DNA from: Acidobacteriota bacterium
GTDB taxonomy: Bacteria > Acidobacteriota > Vicinamibacteria > Vicinamibacterales > 2-12-FULL-66-21
Reading direction: 5' to 3'
Length of the DNA stretch: 64,000 nt
Assembly: GCA_046734955.1 (NCBI GenBank)
Contig: JBKPSH010000004.1
Coordinates: forward strand, 43,944 to 107,943
The notes below the pieces were generated by a model, which was given only the letters and a program-made list of their open reading frames with translations, was not told the origin of the DNA and did no database searches. A program made the translations under genes and the position numbers. Below, piece by piece: positions 30,708-40,175 of the stretch. Each line of letters begins with the position of its first letter. The stretch's first letter is position 1.

Positions 30708-31076
30708 ATGCCGACGAGAATCACCGAACGCCGGATCGGAGATGTCACGATCCTTCAAGTGTCGGGTCGCATTATCCTTGGCGATGGTGCGGCGGAGCTG
30801 CGTGCCCGCATGAATGACCTCGTTGACGAGGCCAATCTCAAGTTCCTGCTCGATCTCCGCGGCGTTACCTATATTGACAGCTTTGGTGTGGGTGTCATCG
30901 CCGCGAAGTACGTCAGCGTGCGGCGCAAGGGTGGCGATGTGAAGCTGCTGCGCCTCTCACCGCGAAGCCAGCGCGTCATGCGCATCAGCGGGCTGCTGAA
31001 GATTTTCGAGTCGTTTGAAAACGAGCAGGAGGCGCTGAATAGCTTCGCGCCGGCGCGGAATCAGGCGGCGGGATGA
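30708..31076 (+). CDS. STAS domain anti-sigma factor antagonist
   Basis: LDLRGVTYIDSFG phosphorylatable-Ser motif. Confidence 0.9.
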   Translation: MPTRITERRIGDVTILQVSGRIILGDGAAELRARMNDLVDEANLKFLLDLRGVTYIDSFGVGVIAAKYVSVRRKGGDVKLLRLSPRSQRVMRISGLLKIFESFENEQEALNSFAPARNQAAG

Positions 31077-31429
31077 GCGAACATCGCGGTGATGGCGTCT
31101 TCCTCCGAGAAGCGCTCCACCTGACGCGCATCAAACCTTTCAAGATCGTCGATGTTGGAGATGATTCGAAGCTTCTGATCGCTCGCCTCGAGGACGGCCG
31201 GCGTGTCGGCCGCAAGCACGTAACGGCGCGGTAACAACGCCACCCTGCGCTCGACCACGAAATATCGAACGCGGCGGCTGGCCGGCTCAACGAGCACACC
31301 GGAAATGGCGCCGAGCGCCTGATCATCCTGGCTACAAACTGTCACTCCCGCAAGTGTTCCCGACGGATGCTTGACCTGATCCGCGTCGAGATATCGGAGT
31401 GTGTCCGGCCGAGTCTGTTCATTCGTCAT
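31061..31429 (-). CDS. PRC-barrel domain protein
   Basis: LGAISGVLVEPASRRVRYFVV pattern. Confidence 0.75.
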   Translation of the reverse strand: MTNEQTRPDTLRYLDADQVKHPSGTLAGVTVCSQDDQALGAISGVLVEPASRRVRYFVVERRVALLPRRYVLAADTPAVLEASDQKLRIISNIDDLERFDARQVERFSEEDAITAMFAHPAA

Positions 31430-31452
31430 AGCCAATTCCTGCTCTGATATGG

Positions 31453-31468
31453 AGCAAGCGGAATGCCA
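31453..31468 (-). promoter_or_regulatory. sigma54-type -24/-12 promoter
   Basis: TGGCATTCCGCTTGCT on the minus strand upstream of the PRC-barrel gene. Confidence 0.7.
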
Positions 31469-31592
31469 CCGCCAATGAGCCTAAAACCGGGGAATTGTCC
31501 ATTGTGGCCGTACAGTTTTTGTCTGCATCGCGCAAAAACTGCGCATGGTTGATACACGATTATCGTGACGGAATCGCGTCGATAAACCCGAG

Positions 31593-32432
31593 CTAATGAG
31601 TCAGCGTCCGGAGCAAAGGAACCCAAGTAATCGATTGGCAATCGTATGCTTCGGGCTTGTTCGGCGTATTGAGCGGACTGAACTGCGCCCGCTTGCTGCG
31701 ATCGAGAATGCCGACACGCTTGCTGACGAACAGCACCTCGTAGGCCCAGGCCGGGAACGGCCAGTTGCTGCGGGCGCAGCTGTAGTTATTGAAGTGCAGG
31801 TTGACGATGTAGAACTTCTGTTTGAGTTTCTCGATCACCTGCTTGAACTCCGACCCGTTCGAGCCGTGAAACTCGACGGCAAGCTGATCAATCTGATCGA
31901 GTGTCGACTCAGGCATGTTCAGGAACGTGGCCCACTCCGCTCCTTCGACATCCATTTTGACGACGAGGTGACGGCCGGCGTCGCCGTTTCGCGCGATCTG
32001 TGATCCAGGTGTATCAAACAGACGGCCGTCGGAATCCTTGGATCGATCGCCTGCCACACACTCCGGATGAAAAACGAGCGCCCCGCCCTCACACACGGGT
32101 TCCTGCAAATTGAAGCAGTCGTATTCATGAACCGTGACCTTCAGCTGACGCGAGATCTGGCAGCCCCAGCCGTCATATCCCGAGATGCCGTAGGAGTAAG
32201 CAGAGTGCACGTCGTTTAGAAGGTTCGCGCACAACAGGTATCCGCCGTCGTTCGGTTCGCCGAATCGTTTGAGCTCGCAATTGGTAAGCGCGACCGGCTG
32301 CAGTTCCTCGAGCAGCGCTTGTCTTCGTCCTTCCGGCGCGTTGCGATACCACCGCTCCCGGCGGACCGCCCCGTACGCAACGCCGGCAGCGACAACGATG
32401 ACGAGGAGGACGAACCAGAGTGTGACTCGCAT
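31593..32432 (-). CDS. FkbM-like/Methyltransf_22 family protein
   Basis: DGGYLLC, YSYGI, KMDVEGAEW, QLAVEFH; N-terminal membrane anchor. Confidence 0.75.
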   Translation of the reverse strand: MRVTLWFVLLVIVVAAGVAYGAVRRERWYRNAPEGRRQALLEELQPVALTNCELKRFGEPNDGGYLLCANLLNDVHSAYSYGISGYDGWGCQISRQLKVTVHEYDCFNLQEPVCEGGALVFHPECVAGDRSKDSDGRLFDTPGSQIARNGDAGRHLVVKMDVEGAEWATFLNMPESTLDQIDQLAVEFHGSNGSEFKQVIEKLKQKFYIVNLHFNNYSCARSNWPFPAWAYEVLFVSKRVGILDRSKRAQFSPLNTPNKPEAYDCQSITWVPLLRTLTH

Positions 32433-32864
32433 GCGACGGTGACGACGCCTTTCGTTTACCAGTTTCGCTCGGACAGAATTTCCGTCATCATCCGGAGATC
32501 GACGGAATCCAGCCGGTAGACTGCATCTTTTTCAATGTGATCGCGCAGAACGCCAGAAACGATGCACGTTCTTGATGTTCACGACGCCGGCTCTCCAGCG
32601 TAGCCCGGCGAGACTCGTTGCGCCGGACGTTGTCGGCCGAGTTGCACCGTTGCGTGATGACGCCATGACTTCCTCCTTGCTTGCGCGCGACGACGATGCC
32701 ATCGTCTCGGTCAGCAACGCAAGATGGAGAGGTGGCAAAAACGTCGTCGTGATCGAATAGGGCGCATGGCGAATTGTGAGTCATCGGCTCGGTGCTCTGA
32801 CCAACTTCGGCGCGTTTCGCGTCAATCCCGGAGGGCACGACTCCCGCACTACGAACACCGCACC

Positions 32865-33113
32865 GTGGACAGCTGGAGCGTCGAGCAACTGAGAGCAGAG
32901 ATGATCGCGCGGTTCGAGCAGGCGGACCAACAGCTCGATGAGTCTTTCGCTGCAATCACGCAACAGTTCGTCGAGCAACGCGCGTATACCGACTTCGCGT
33001 ACGAAAGGCTCGACAAGGCCATTCAGCCATTAGCCGCCGGTATTGCTCGCCTCGAACGCAAACTAGATCGGATCCTGGCATTGGTCGTCGAGTCGCAATC
33101 CCGACGTCGCTAG
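32865..33113 (+). CDS. Small coiled-coil hypothetical protein
   Basis: Heptad-rich 3' part of ORF 32724..33113 (LERKLDRIL); GTG start inferred. Confidence 0.5.
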   Translation: MDSWSVEQLRAEMIARFEQADQQLDESFAAITQQFVEQRAYTDFAYERLDKAIQPLAAGIARLERKLDRILALVVESQSRRR

Positions 33114-33200
33114 CACCCTTGGCACCCCTGGCACCCTTGGCGACTCTTGGCACCCCTGGCACTCTTGGCACCCTTGGCACCCTTGGCACCCTTGGTCCCC
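33113..33200. repeat. 9-bp tandem array (GGCACCC[T/C]T) x9-10
   Basis: Fills almost the whole gap between two convergent stop codons. Confidence 0.93.
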
Positions 33201-33205
33201 TGTGT

Positions 33206-35164
33206 CTACTGGATGCCAAACGCAATGATGTTCCCCCCGGCGGCGACCGCGATGTACTGCTTGCCATCGAACATATAGGTCATCGGAGACGCCTTCCAGG
33301 TCTGATTCGTTGGAAAACTCCAGAGCGGCTTGCCCGTCACTGCATCGGCAGCCATCAGCGCGCCGCCATCCTCGCCGAATATGACGAGGCCGGTCGAGGT
33401 GGCGAGCGTGCCGCCCCAGGAAAAGGCCGGCCCACGCTGCGGCAGTTCCCAGACGACCGCCCCCGTGCGGATGTCGAGTGCTCGGAGGATCCGTTGCGGC
33501 GTTGGATCGGTCGCGGTGCGCTGGGTTCCGCCGAGATACGTCTTCCCGCTTTCCCAATCCCCCTGATCGCGTTTCGTGTAGATGCTGCACTTCTCGAACG
33601 TCTGAATGTAATAGAGGCGGGTGACCGGATTGTAGGAAGGTGAGTACCAGTTTGTCGCGCCATCCTGCGACGGGCAGACCTTGGTTCCATTGGACGACGG
33701 CTCCTGTCCTTCCATCTTGATGGGCCGCCCGTCTTTGCCAATGCCGCTGGCCCACGTCAGCATCTTGATGAACTGTTTCGACAGGAGCAGCGTGCCATCC
33801 CGTCGATCGAAGACGTAGAAGAATCCGTTGCGATTGGCGTGAAGCATCAGCTTCCGCGGCTGTCCCTGCCAATCGGCGTCAACGAGAACCGATGTTTCGG
33901 TCGCATCCCAGTCCCAGAGATCGTGCGGCGTGAACTGGTAGTGCCACTTCAACTGTCCTGTCTTGCGATCGAGCGCGAGGATGCTGTCGGAGTACAGGTT
34001 GTCTCCCTTGCGGTGATCGCCGTTGTACTCCTTCGCCGGGTTGCCCGTCGGCCAATACACGATGTCGAGCTCCGGATCGTAGCTGCCAGTGAACCACGTG
34101 GGCGCGCCACCGTGATCGATGTCCTTTCCCTGCCAGGTTTCTGATCCCGGCTCTCCGGCTTTCGGCACCGTCCAGAACCTCCACACTTCCTTGCCGGTCT
34201 CCTGATCATGAGCCGCGACGAATCCATTCGCGCCATGCTCGCCGCCCGTCACGCCAGAGATGATCAGGTTGCCCGCAGGGAGCGGTGCAGACGACGCCGC
34301 GTAGTTCTTCCGCCAATCATCGAGGGGCGTTTCCCACATGATCTCGCCGGTGAATCGGTTGAGCGCGAGGATGTGCGCGTTGTCGGTTTCTATGAACACG
34401 CGATCGGCGGCGACGGCGACGCCGCGGTTCGCGCTGCCCGCCGTAATACCAATCGTCCGCGGCCGCTTGAACTGCCAGATCATGCGGCCTGTGCCGGCGT
34501 CGAGCGCGATGCACTCATTCGGATTGGTGACATACATGATCCCGGACACAACCACGGGAGTCCCCTGGAGCGAGCCGGCACCGGGAAACGCGAATACCCA
34601 TTTCGGAGCGAGCCGCTGGACCGTGCTCTTGTTGATTTGCGTCAGCGTCGTGTAGCGATTTCCCCTCGGATCGCCGTTGTAGGTCGGCCAATCGGCATCC
34701 GAGGTCACTTCCCGCACTCGATCGCCGACACGCCGCAGGAGGCGAACGCGTTTGTCGTCGGTGAGTAATTGAAGATCGTCAAATCCGTCGGCGAGTACCT
34801 GACCCTCGAGGGTCGCGCCGGCGACGGTCTGCACTTTCGTTCGTACGATCGGCTTCGCTTCCGGATGCTTTTCAATAGAGCGCAGAAATTTGATCAAATC
34901 GCGCAGCTCGTTGCCGCTGACATCGCTCGGCGGCATCCCCCGCGACGGCGACCCCTCGTGAATGAACGCCGCGAGCTGCTCGTCGTCGCGCGCGGGGATG
35001 CGTGTGACAATCGGGGGTCCCATTTCGCCGCCATTGCCGTCAGCGCCATGACATCTGGCGCAACGGCTCTCGAACACTTTCCGTCCGCCATCGTCCTGGC
35101 CGGTGATCAGAGCCGAGAGTGGGAGCGCCGCAAGCAGGGCTATCGCGGGAATTCGGTTGCGCAT
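33206..35164 (-). CDS. PQQ-dependent dehydrogenase-like beta-propeller with N-terminal cytochrome c
   Basis: CARCH heme motif; DWPTYNG, ALDAGTG..W, YWPTGNP, HDLWDWD, GATNW. Confidence 0.88.
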   Translation of the reverse strand: MRNRIPAIALLAALPLSALITGQDDGGRKVFESRCARCHGADGNGGEMGPPIVTRIPARDDEQLAAFIHEGSPSRGMPPSDVSGNELRDLIKFLRSIEKHPEAKPIVRTKVQTVAGATLEGQVLADGFDDLQLLTDDKRVRLLRRVGDRVREVTSDADWPTYNGDPRGNRYTTLTQINKSTVQRLAPKWVFAFPGAGSLQGTPVVVSGIMYVTNPNECIALDAGTGRMIWQFKRPRTIGITAGSANRGVAVAADRVFIETDNAHILALNRFTGEIMWETPLDDWRKNYAASSAPLPAGNLIISGVTGGEHGANGFVAAHDQETGKEVWRFWTVPKAGEPGSETWQGKDIDHGGAPTWFTGSYDPELDIVYWPTGNPAKEYNGDHRKGDNLYSDSILALDRKTGQLKWHYQFTPHDLWDWDATETSVLVDADWQGQPRKLMLHANRNGFFYVFDRRDGTLLLSKQFIKMLTWASGIGKDGRPIKMEGQEPSSNGTKVCPSQDGATNWYSPSYNPVTRLYYIQTFEKCSIYTKRDQGDWESGKTYLGGTQRTATDPTPQRILRALDIRTGAVVWELPQRGPAFSWGGTLATSTGLVIFGEDGGALMAADAVTGKPLWSFPTNQTWKASPMTYMFDGKQYIAVAAGGNIIAFGIQ

Positions 35165-35175
35165 GCGTGCATATT

Positions 35176-35389
35176 ACTCGTGAATGAAGCTTGGCGGGAT
35201 CCGTTCTCCGGGATCCGGGATCCGATTCCGCATCCGCGCCCGACGCCCGGCTAGGATCGACACGGACTCGTGAATGAACCTTGCCGGGATCCGGGATCCG
35301 TAGTCGGGGATCCGAAGGTTCATCCAACCCATGGTGTCCGGCCAAGATCGACACGGATCCCGGACACCGGACACCGGATTCCGGCACCC
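35176..35389. repeat. Diverged ~90-bp tandem duplication built from GGGATCC/CCGGA heptamers
   Basis: Copies 35176-35265 and 35266-35356 share actcgtgaatgaa...cgggatccg...gatcgacacgg. Confidence 0.75.
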
Positions 35390-35390
35390 A

Positions 35391-37976
35391 CTAACGAATC
35401 ACGTGCCCATCCCAAATGCACCAGGGCACGGACCCTAACCAGTCGCTCCCAGCGTCGCCGATCGGCGCACCTGGCGGCGCATCGTAGGTTGTCGGCGGGC
35501 GAAGTGGTTCGATCGGACGCTCGAGAAATCGCTTGATGTCCGCCGCGAGCAGCCGCTGCGCCGGGCCATCGCCTTTGCCGTTCAGCCCATGCTCTCCCAT
35601 CTGGATCTGTCGTAACGCCTCGGACGCTTCCGCTCGGACCTGCGGCATCGGCGCGCCGCCGGCCAGCCACATGAGGCGCTCGACCAGGGCACGGGCGGTT
35701 GCGCGGCGGATCTCCTCTTCATAGGGATTCGACGTCGTTGCCTGGAACGTCGCGGTTCGCAGCGCGTCGACGACTTCGCTGAGGCCTGGCAGTGACGGAT
35801 CGATCGCGTGTTGCGCGACCATTCGTGCCGCCCGATCCGGTTGCAGTGTGAAGCCAATCGTGACGTCGGCAGCAATCGACGCGGGACTGATCGGGTCGAA
35901 CGTATCGCCGGTGTAGCGGGCGAAGAGTTCGCGATGCAGTCCCCATCCTGAGGGCCGTGGAGGGATCTTGTCGAGCGCCGGCTTCGGCAACGCCAGCTCA
36001 GATGGTTTCAGCGTCGCGGAGAGCGCTGCAATCGCCGCACGTTGATCGGCTGCCGGGACCCACTTTGTCGGGGTGCGTCCGTCACCACGGAACGCATAGA
36101 TGTAGTCCTGACCGGCAACCGCCGATGCTGCCGCTTCGACCGCGTAGCGATGATACATGTACAGCGGCACCAGCGCCTCTTCCATCGTGGCCATTGGCTG
36201 GTCTTTCCGAATGACCGTCTCGTCGAATCGATCGAGCGCCGCACGACGCACTTTCATGATCCGATTCAACTCCGCCGCCATGTCGGTGCCGTTGTTCCAT
36301 TGATCCGAGCGCGGGCTCGAATCAGTGTCCTGATTGGTCATGTAGCGCAAATCCTGGTCCCACGCATCGTCGAGGATCTTTTTCAACGCCGCACGCTCGT
36401 CGGTGCCTTTCGGAAAATCCTGGTAGCCATAGGCAATCGCAACCTTGTCCCATTCGCCGATGCCGACCGCGTACGCGGTCGATAAATCGATCGTGCCGTC
36501 GGGATCGAGCTTCTCGAGCGGGTGCGGGTAGTCCATGACCGAGATCCGACCCTTCGAGCTGTTGTAGTACTCGTGCCCGAGGCCGAGCGTGTGGCCGACT
36601 TCATGCGCGGCGAGCTGGCGGATGCGGGCGATGGCCGTGTCGCGAAGAACGGCGGGAGTTTCCGTGCCGGTCTGGTACGGCGCGAGCAGACTTTCAGCGA
36701 TCAGATAGTCCTGCCGATCGCGTAACGACCCGAGCGTGACCGTCGCTTTGATGATTTCACCGGTGCGAGGATCCGAGATCGTCGCGCCGGAGCTCCAGCC
36801 GCGCGTCGAGCGATGCACCCAGTTGATCATGTTGTAACGGATGTCCATTGGATCGGCCCCTTCCGGCAGCAGCTCGACCCGGAATGCGTTGCGGTAACCG
36901 GCGGCAGTGAATGCCTCATCCCACCAGCGCGCGCCGTCGAGCAGCGCGGAGCGAATCGGCTCCGGTGTGCCGCGATCGACGTAATAGATGATCGGCTTCT
37001 TCACGTCACTCACCCCGGCCGAGGAATCCACCTTCTCGAGCCTGTGGCGCTGGATGTAGTACTGAACCATCGGCGTACCTAACGGGGCGGCGTAGTCGAC
37101 GTACTGAATTCCAAAAAAGCCGCCGCGAGGATCGGCGATGCGTGGTTTGTAGTTGCCGTCGGGCAATTCGGCAAACGTGTAATGTTCGCGCAGCGTCACC
37201 GCGTCCGGTGTCGGCGTCACGCTGGCAACGGTGCCTGAGAACATGCCGCCAGCAAAGCCGCCGCCTCCGGGAATTGGACTGCCCACCGAAGGCGGCCCCT
37301 GCGCCGGTCCGCCCCCACCACCTCGGCCACCGCCTGCGCCGTCGTTTGCGAAGGTGAGGATGACGTCGACCTCCGTGTTCTTCGGAAACGCTTTCGTGCC
37401 GGGCATGTCGATGGCGCTCCGCGTGCGGTCGACGCGAAACGTTCCCGGTCGAAGGCGGGGAATGACGTTGTGGGCATCACGCACGAAGAAATCTGTCGCA
37501 TCCACGAGCACGCGGCCCTCTGTCTCGGCGCCCACGGTGAAGCCCCACAGGATCGATTTCGCAAACGCGTCTTCGACCGCTCGCCGCTCATCAGGATTCG
37601 TGGTGTTGGCTCGGAACGTGTAGTTCGGTTGCACCATCAACACGCGCGGCCCGACGCGCTGAAACTTCACCACGCGCCCCTGCCCTGACTGCCCGCGATC
37701 GAGACCAATGTCGTTCGAGCCGAGACCGGCGGTCAGGCCGGTCGAATAAAGCATCTCGGTATCGAACCTGTTGATCTCCATCCACAGGGATCCCGTCCTC
37801 TGATCCCAGTACAGCGGCATGTAACCATCAAGTTTCTGAAAGCCGGTGGTGCGGGCGTCGATCGTTTGAGGAGGAGAAGACTGGTTCCCGGAGCGTTCAC
37901 CTGATGTTTGAGCGGCAACCGTGGGGTAAGTGCTGGCGACGAGGAAGACAGAAGCGAACAGTGTTTTGGTGCACAT
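35391..37976 (-). CDS. Secreted zinc-dependent metalloprotease (metzincin, DUF5117/DUF4953 type)
   Basis: HEVGHTLGLGH, Met-turn SVMDYP, DPRTGEIIK; start uncertain. Confidence 0.85.
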   Translation of the reverse strand: MCTKTLFASVFLVASTYPTVAAQTSGERSGNQSSPPQTIDARTTGFQKLDGYMPLYWDQRTGSLWMEINRFDTEMLYSTGLTAGLGSNDIGLDRGQSGQGRVVKFQRVGPRVLMVQPNYTFRANTTNPDERRAVEDAFAKSILWGFTVGAETEGRVLVDATDFFVRDAHNVIPRLRPGTFRVDRTRSAIDMPGTKAFPKNTEVDVILTFANDGAGGGRGGGGGPAQGPPSVGSPIPGGGGFAGGMFSGTVASVTPTPDAVTLREHYTFAELPDGNYKPRIADPRGGFFGIQYVDYAAPLGTPMVQYYIQRHRLEKVDSSAGVSDVKKPIIYYVDRGTPEPIRSALLDGARWWDEAFTAAGYRNAFRVELLPEGADPMDIRYNMINWVHRSTRGWSSGATISDPRTGEIIKATVTLGSLRDRQDYLIAESLLAPYQTGTETPAVLRDTAIARIRQLAAHEVGHTLGLGHEYYNSSKGRISVMDYPHPLEKLDPDGTIDLSTAYAVGIGEWDKVAIAYGYQDFPKGTDERAALKKILDDAWDQDLRYMTNQDTDSSPRSDQWNNGTDMAAELNRIMKVRRAALDRFDETVIRKDQPMATMEEALVPLYMYHRYAVEAAASAVAGQDYIYAFRGDGRTPTKWVPAADQRAAIAALSATLKPSELALPKPALDKIPPRPSGWGLHRELFARYTGDTFDPISPASIAADVTIGFTLQPDRAARMVAQHAIDPSLPGLSEVVDALRTATFQATTSNPYEEEIRRATARALVERLMWLAGGAPMPQVRAEASEALRQIQMGEHGLNGKGDGPAQRLLAADIKRFLERPIEPLRPPTTYDAPPGAPIGDAGSDWLGSVPWCIWDGHVIR

Positions 37977-38043
37977 GGCGCGCGATTTTAGCGCGTACAT
38001 GATCAATTCATGCGGCCATCGACCGTGCTGCCGAGGTGTCCAC

Positions 38044-38088
38044 TTTTTGCTTTTCTCTTTTCCCTTTTGCCTTATGCCTTTTCCCTTT
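38044..38088. repeat. 7-bp array (TTT[G/C]CCT)n
   Basis: Directly visible. Confidence 0.8.
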
Positions 38089-38095
38089 TGGAGAA

Positions 38096-38111
38096 TGGTC
38101 CTTCGCTTGCA
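38096..38111 (+). promoter_or_regulatory. sigma54-type promoter candidate
   Basis: TGGTCCTTCGCTTGCA (GG-N10-GC) about 30 bp upstream of the PfpI gene. Confidence 0.55.
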
Positions 38112-38143
38112 ACTTTTCTTCGTGAACCAAAGGAGGTGTTCGG

Positions 38144-38734
38144 ATGGCAGATCAACTGCGCAATAAGCGCATCGCTGCACTTGTCGAGAACGGGTTCGAA
38201 CAAAGTGAACTGCTGGAGCCCAAGAAAGCGCTCGAAGACGCCGGCGCTAAGGTGGATATCGTGTCGCCGCAGAACTTCAGGGTTAAGGCGTGGCAACATG
38301 ACGACTGGGGACAGGGGGTGTCGGTCGATCGTCACCTGGAAGGAGCGGATGCCGACGACTATGACGCTTTGCTGCTGCCCGGCGGTGTGATGAACCCGGA
38401 TAAGCTTCGAATCAATCCGACAGCGGTCCGCTTCGTGAGGTCGTTCGTCGAGGCAGGAAAGCCCATTGCGGCGATTTGTCACGCCCCGTGGACCCTGATT
38501 GAAGCGGGCGCAGTCAGGGGGAGACGCATGACGTCGTGGCCGTCTCTCGCCAACGACTTGCGAAATGCCGGCGCCCAGTGGATCGACTCAGAGTGCGTTG
38601 TCGATAACGGACTCGTCACGTCGAGAAAGCCCGACGATATTCCGGCGTTCAACAGGAAGATGATTGAAGAGTTTGCTGAGGGGCAGCACGCGGTTGGTGC
38701 AGGCGCCTCGCACACGACCGACGTTCGCCGGTAA
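38144..38734 (+). CDS. PfpI/DJ-1 family type 1 glutamine amidotransferase domain protein
   Basis: GFEQSE, LPGG, AICHAPW, TSRKPDD; AGGAGG SD. Confidence 0.93.
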   Translation: MADQLRNKRIAALVENGFEQSELLEPKKALEDAGAKVDIVSPQNFRVKAWQHDDWGQGVSVDRHLEGADADDYDALLLPGGVMNPDKLRINPTAVRFVRSFVEAGKPIAAICHAPWTLIEAGAVRGRRMTSWPSLANDLRNAGAQWIDSECVVDNGLVTSRKPDDIPAFNRKMIEEFAEGQHAVGAGASHTTDVRR

Positions 38735-38773
38735 TCGCCTTTCTGTGCCACGATTGGATTCCGGGCAGCTTCG

Positions 38774-38872
38774 GAATCGTCAATCGCTCATCGCGAATCC
38801 CTGAATCGTCGAATCGGCGCACCGATTCAACGATCAGGGATTCGTCGATCCATGATTAGTGATTCGCGATTC
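38774..38872. repeat. Inverted degenerate 7-bp arrays (GAATCG[C/T])n / (GATTCG)n
   Basis: Directly visible hairpin-like arrangement. Confidence 0.7.
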
Positions 38873-38890
38873 TCAAGCATGGAGGCAGGC

Positions 38891-39598
38891 GTGGCGAAAC
38901 GCAAATCGACCAGAGGCGCAAAAGGGGTCACTCGCAAAAAATCGACACAAAAATCGCGGGTCGCGCGAAAACGTCCAACACTCAAAACGAAAAGCGCGAA
39001 GCGGAAGACTGCCGCGCGCGCCGCTGCCTCACGCTCCAGCCGCCGGACCATTCCTAAGAAGCCGTCAGCACTGAGGAGTGCCACCACCACCGTCCGCGGC
39101 GCGGTCGCAGGTGCCGTTGCTGCCGTGACGACACATCTTCCGTGGTCCGCCGCCGCTCAGGATGCAATTACGCTTCTCGAGGCCGACCACCGTCGTTTCG
39201 AGAAAATGCTGAAGCAGGGAGAGGAAACGACCGCGCGGGCGATCAAGGGACGGACCGAACTGCTCAACACCCTGACCGCAGAATTGAACCTGCACGAGCT
39301 GGTCGAGGAGAAGATCCTCTATCCCGCGCTGAAAGCACACCCCGAAGCTCGCGACATTGTGCTCGAAGGTTATCAAGAGCATCACGTTGCCGATGTTCTG
39401 GTGCAGGAACTTCACACGCTCACCGCAGAGGATGAACGGTGGGGCGCGAAGTTCAAGGTGCTGAAAGAAAGCCTCGAACATCACATCGAGGAAGAAGAGG
39501 GTGACATGTTCCGGAAGGCGCGTGGCATCTTCAGCCGCGAGGATCTGCAGGCGCTTGGCGCCGAGATGGCGAAGATGAAGGCCAAGGCGCGCGTATAG
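38891..39598 (+). CDS. Hemerythrin (HHE) domain protein with a Lys/Arg-rich N-terminal tail
   Basis: DH...HELVEEKILYP...EH...HHIEEEE; GTG start after GGAGG. Confidence 0.85.
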   Translation: MAKRKSTRGAKGVTRKKSTQKSRVARKRPTLKTKSAKRKTAARAAASRSSRRTIPKKPSALRSATTTVRGAVAGAVAAVTTHLPWSAAAQDAITLLEADHRRFEKMLKQGEETTARAIKGRTELLNTLTAELNLHELVEEKILYPALKAHPEARDIVLEGYQEHHVADVLVQELHTLTAEDERWGAKFKVLKESLEHHIEEEEGDMFRKARGIFSREDLQALGAEMAKMKAKARV

Positions 39599-39635
39599 CG
39601 CGGGGTCTTTGGGCCCTGCGTAGTGGAGATTATCA

Positions 39636-40148
39636 ATGAAGTTGACGGAACTCTTTCTCGGCGAACTGGATCGCGAGGGGCCGCTGACCAGGCGAGTCCT
39701 CGAACGCATTCCCGAAGGACGCAACGACTGGCAGCCACACAAGAAGTCGATGCCGCTCGGCCGGCTCGCCGCACTCGTCGCTGGCATGCCGTCGTGGCTG
39801 GCAATGATGGTCGACAAGAACGAATTCGATCTGAACCCGCCGGGGGGATCATCCGGATCGTTTCAGACGAACTTCACAGCGACAGCGGACCTGCTCAAGA
39901 CGGTGGACGATGGTGTGGCGGCAGCGCGTGCCGCGCTACAGAAGACCAACGACGACCATCTGCTGAAGCCGTGGCGTCTCCTGGTATCGGGCAAGACAGT
40001 GATCGAGCAGCCGCGGCATGTGATGATGCGCGATTCGATTAATCACCTCGCCCATCATCGAGGCCAGTTGACGGTCTATCTTCGCCTGAACGATGTGCCA
40101 GTCCCGGCGGTGTATGGTCCGTCGGCGGACGACCAGAGATTCGCATGA
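39636..40148 (+). CDS. DinB family protein
   Basis: WQPHKKSM, NHLAHHRGQLTVYLR, YGPSAD. Confidence 0.9.
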   Translation: MKLTELFLGELDREGPLTRRVLERIPEGRNDWQPHKKSMPLGRLAALVAGMPSWLAMMVDKNEFDLNPPGGSSGSFQTNFTATADLLKTVDDGVAAARAALQKTNDDHLLKPWRLLVSGKTVIEQPRHVMMRDSINHLAHHRGQLTVYLRLNDVPVPAVYGPSADDQRFA

Positions 40149-40175
40149 AGGGCAACCTCATGCGAAGATTCCTTT

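Noticed and set aside
32460-32860. Short ORFs in the gap between the methyltransferase and coiled-coil genes
   Set aside because: No recognisable motif, SD or protein-like composition in any frame.
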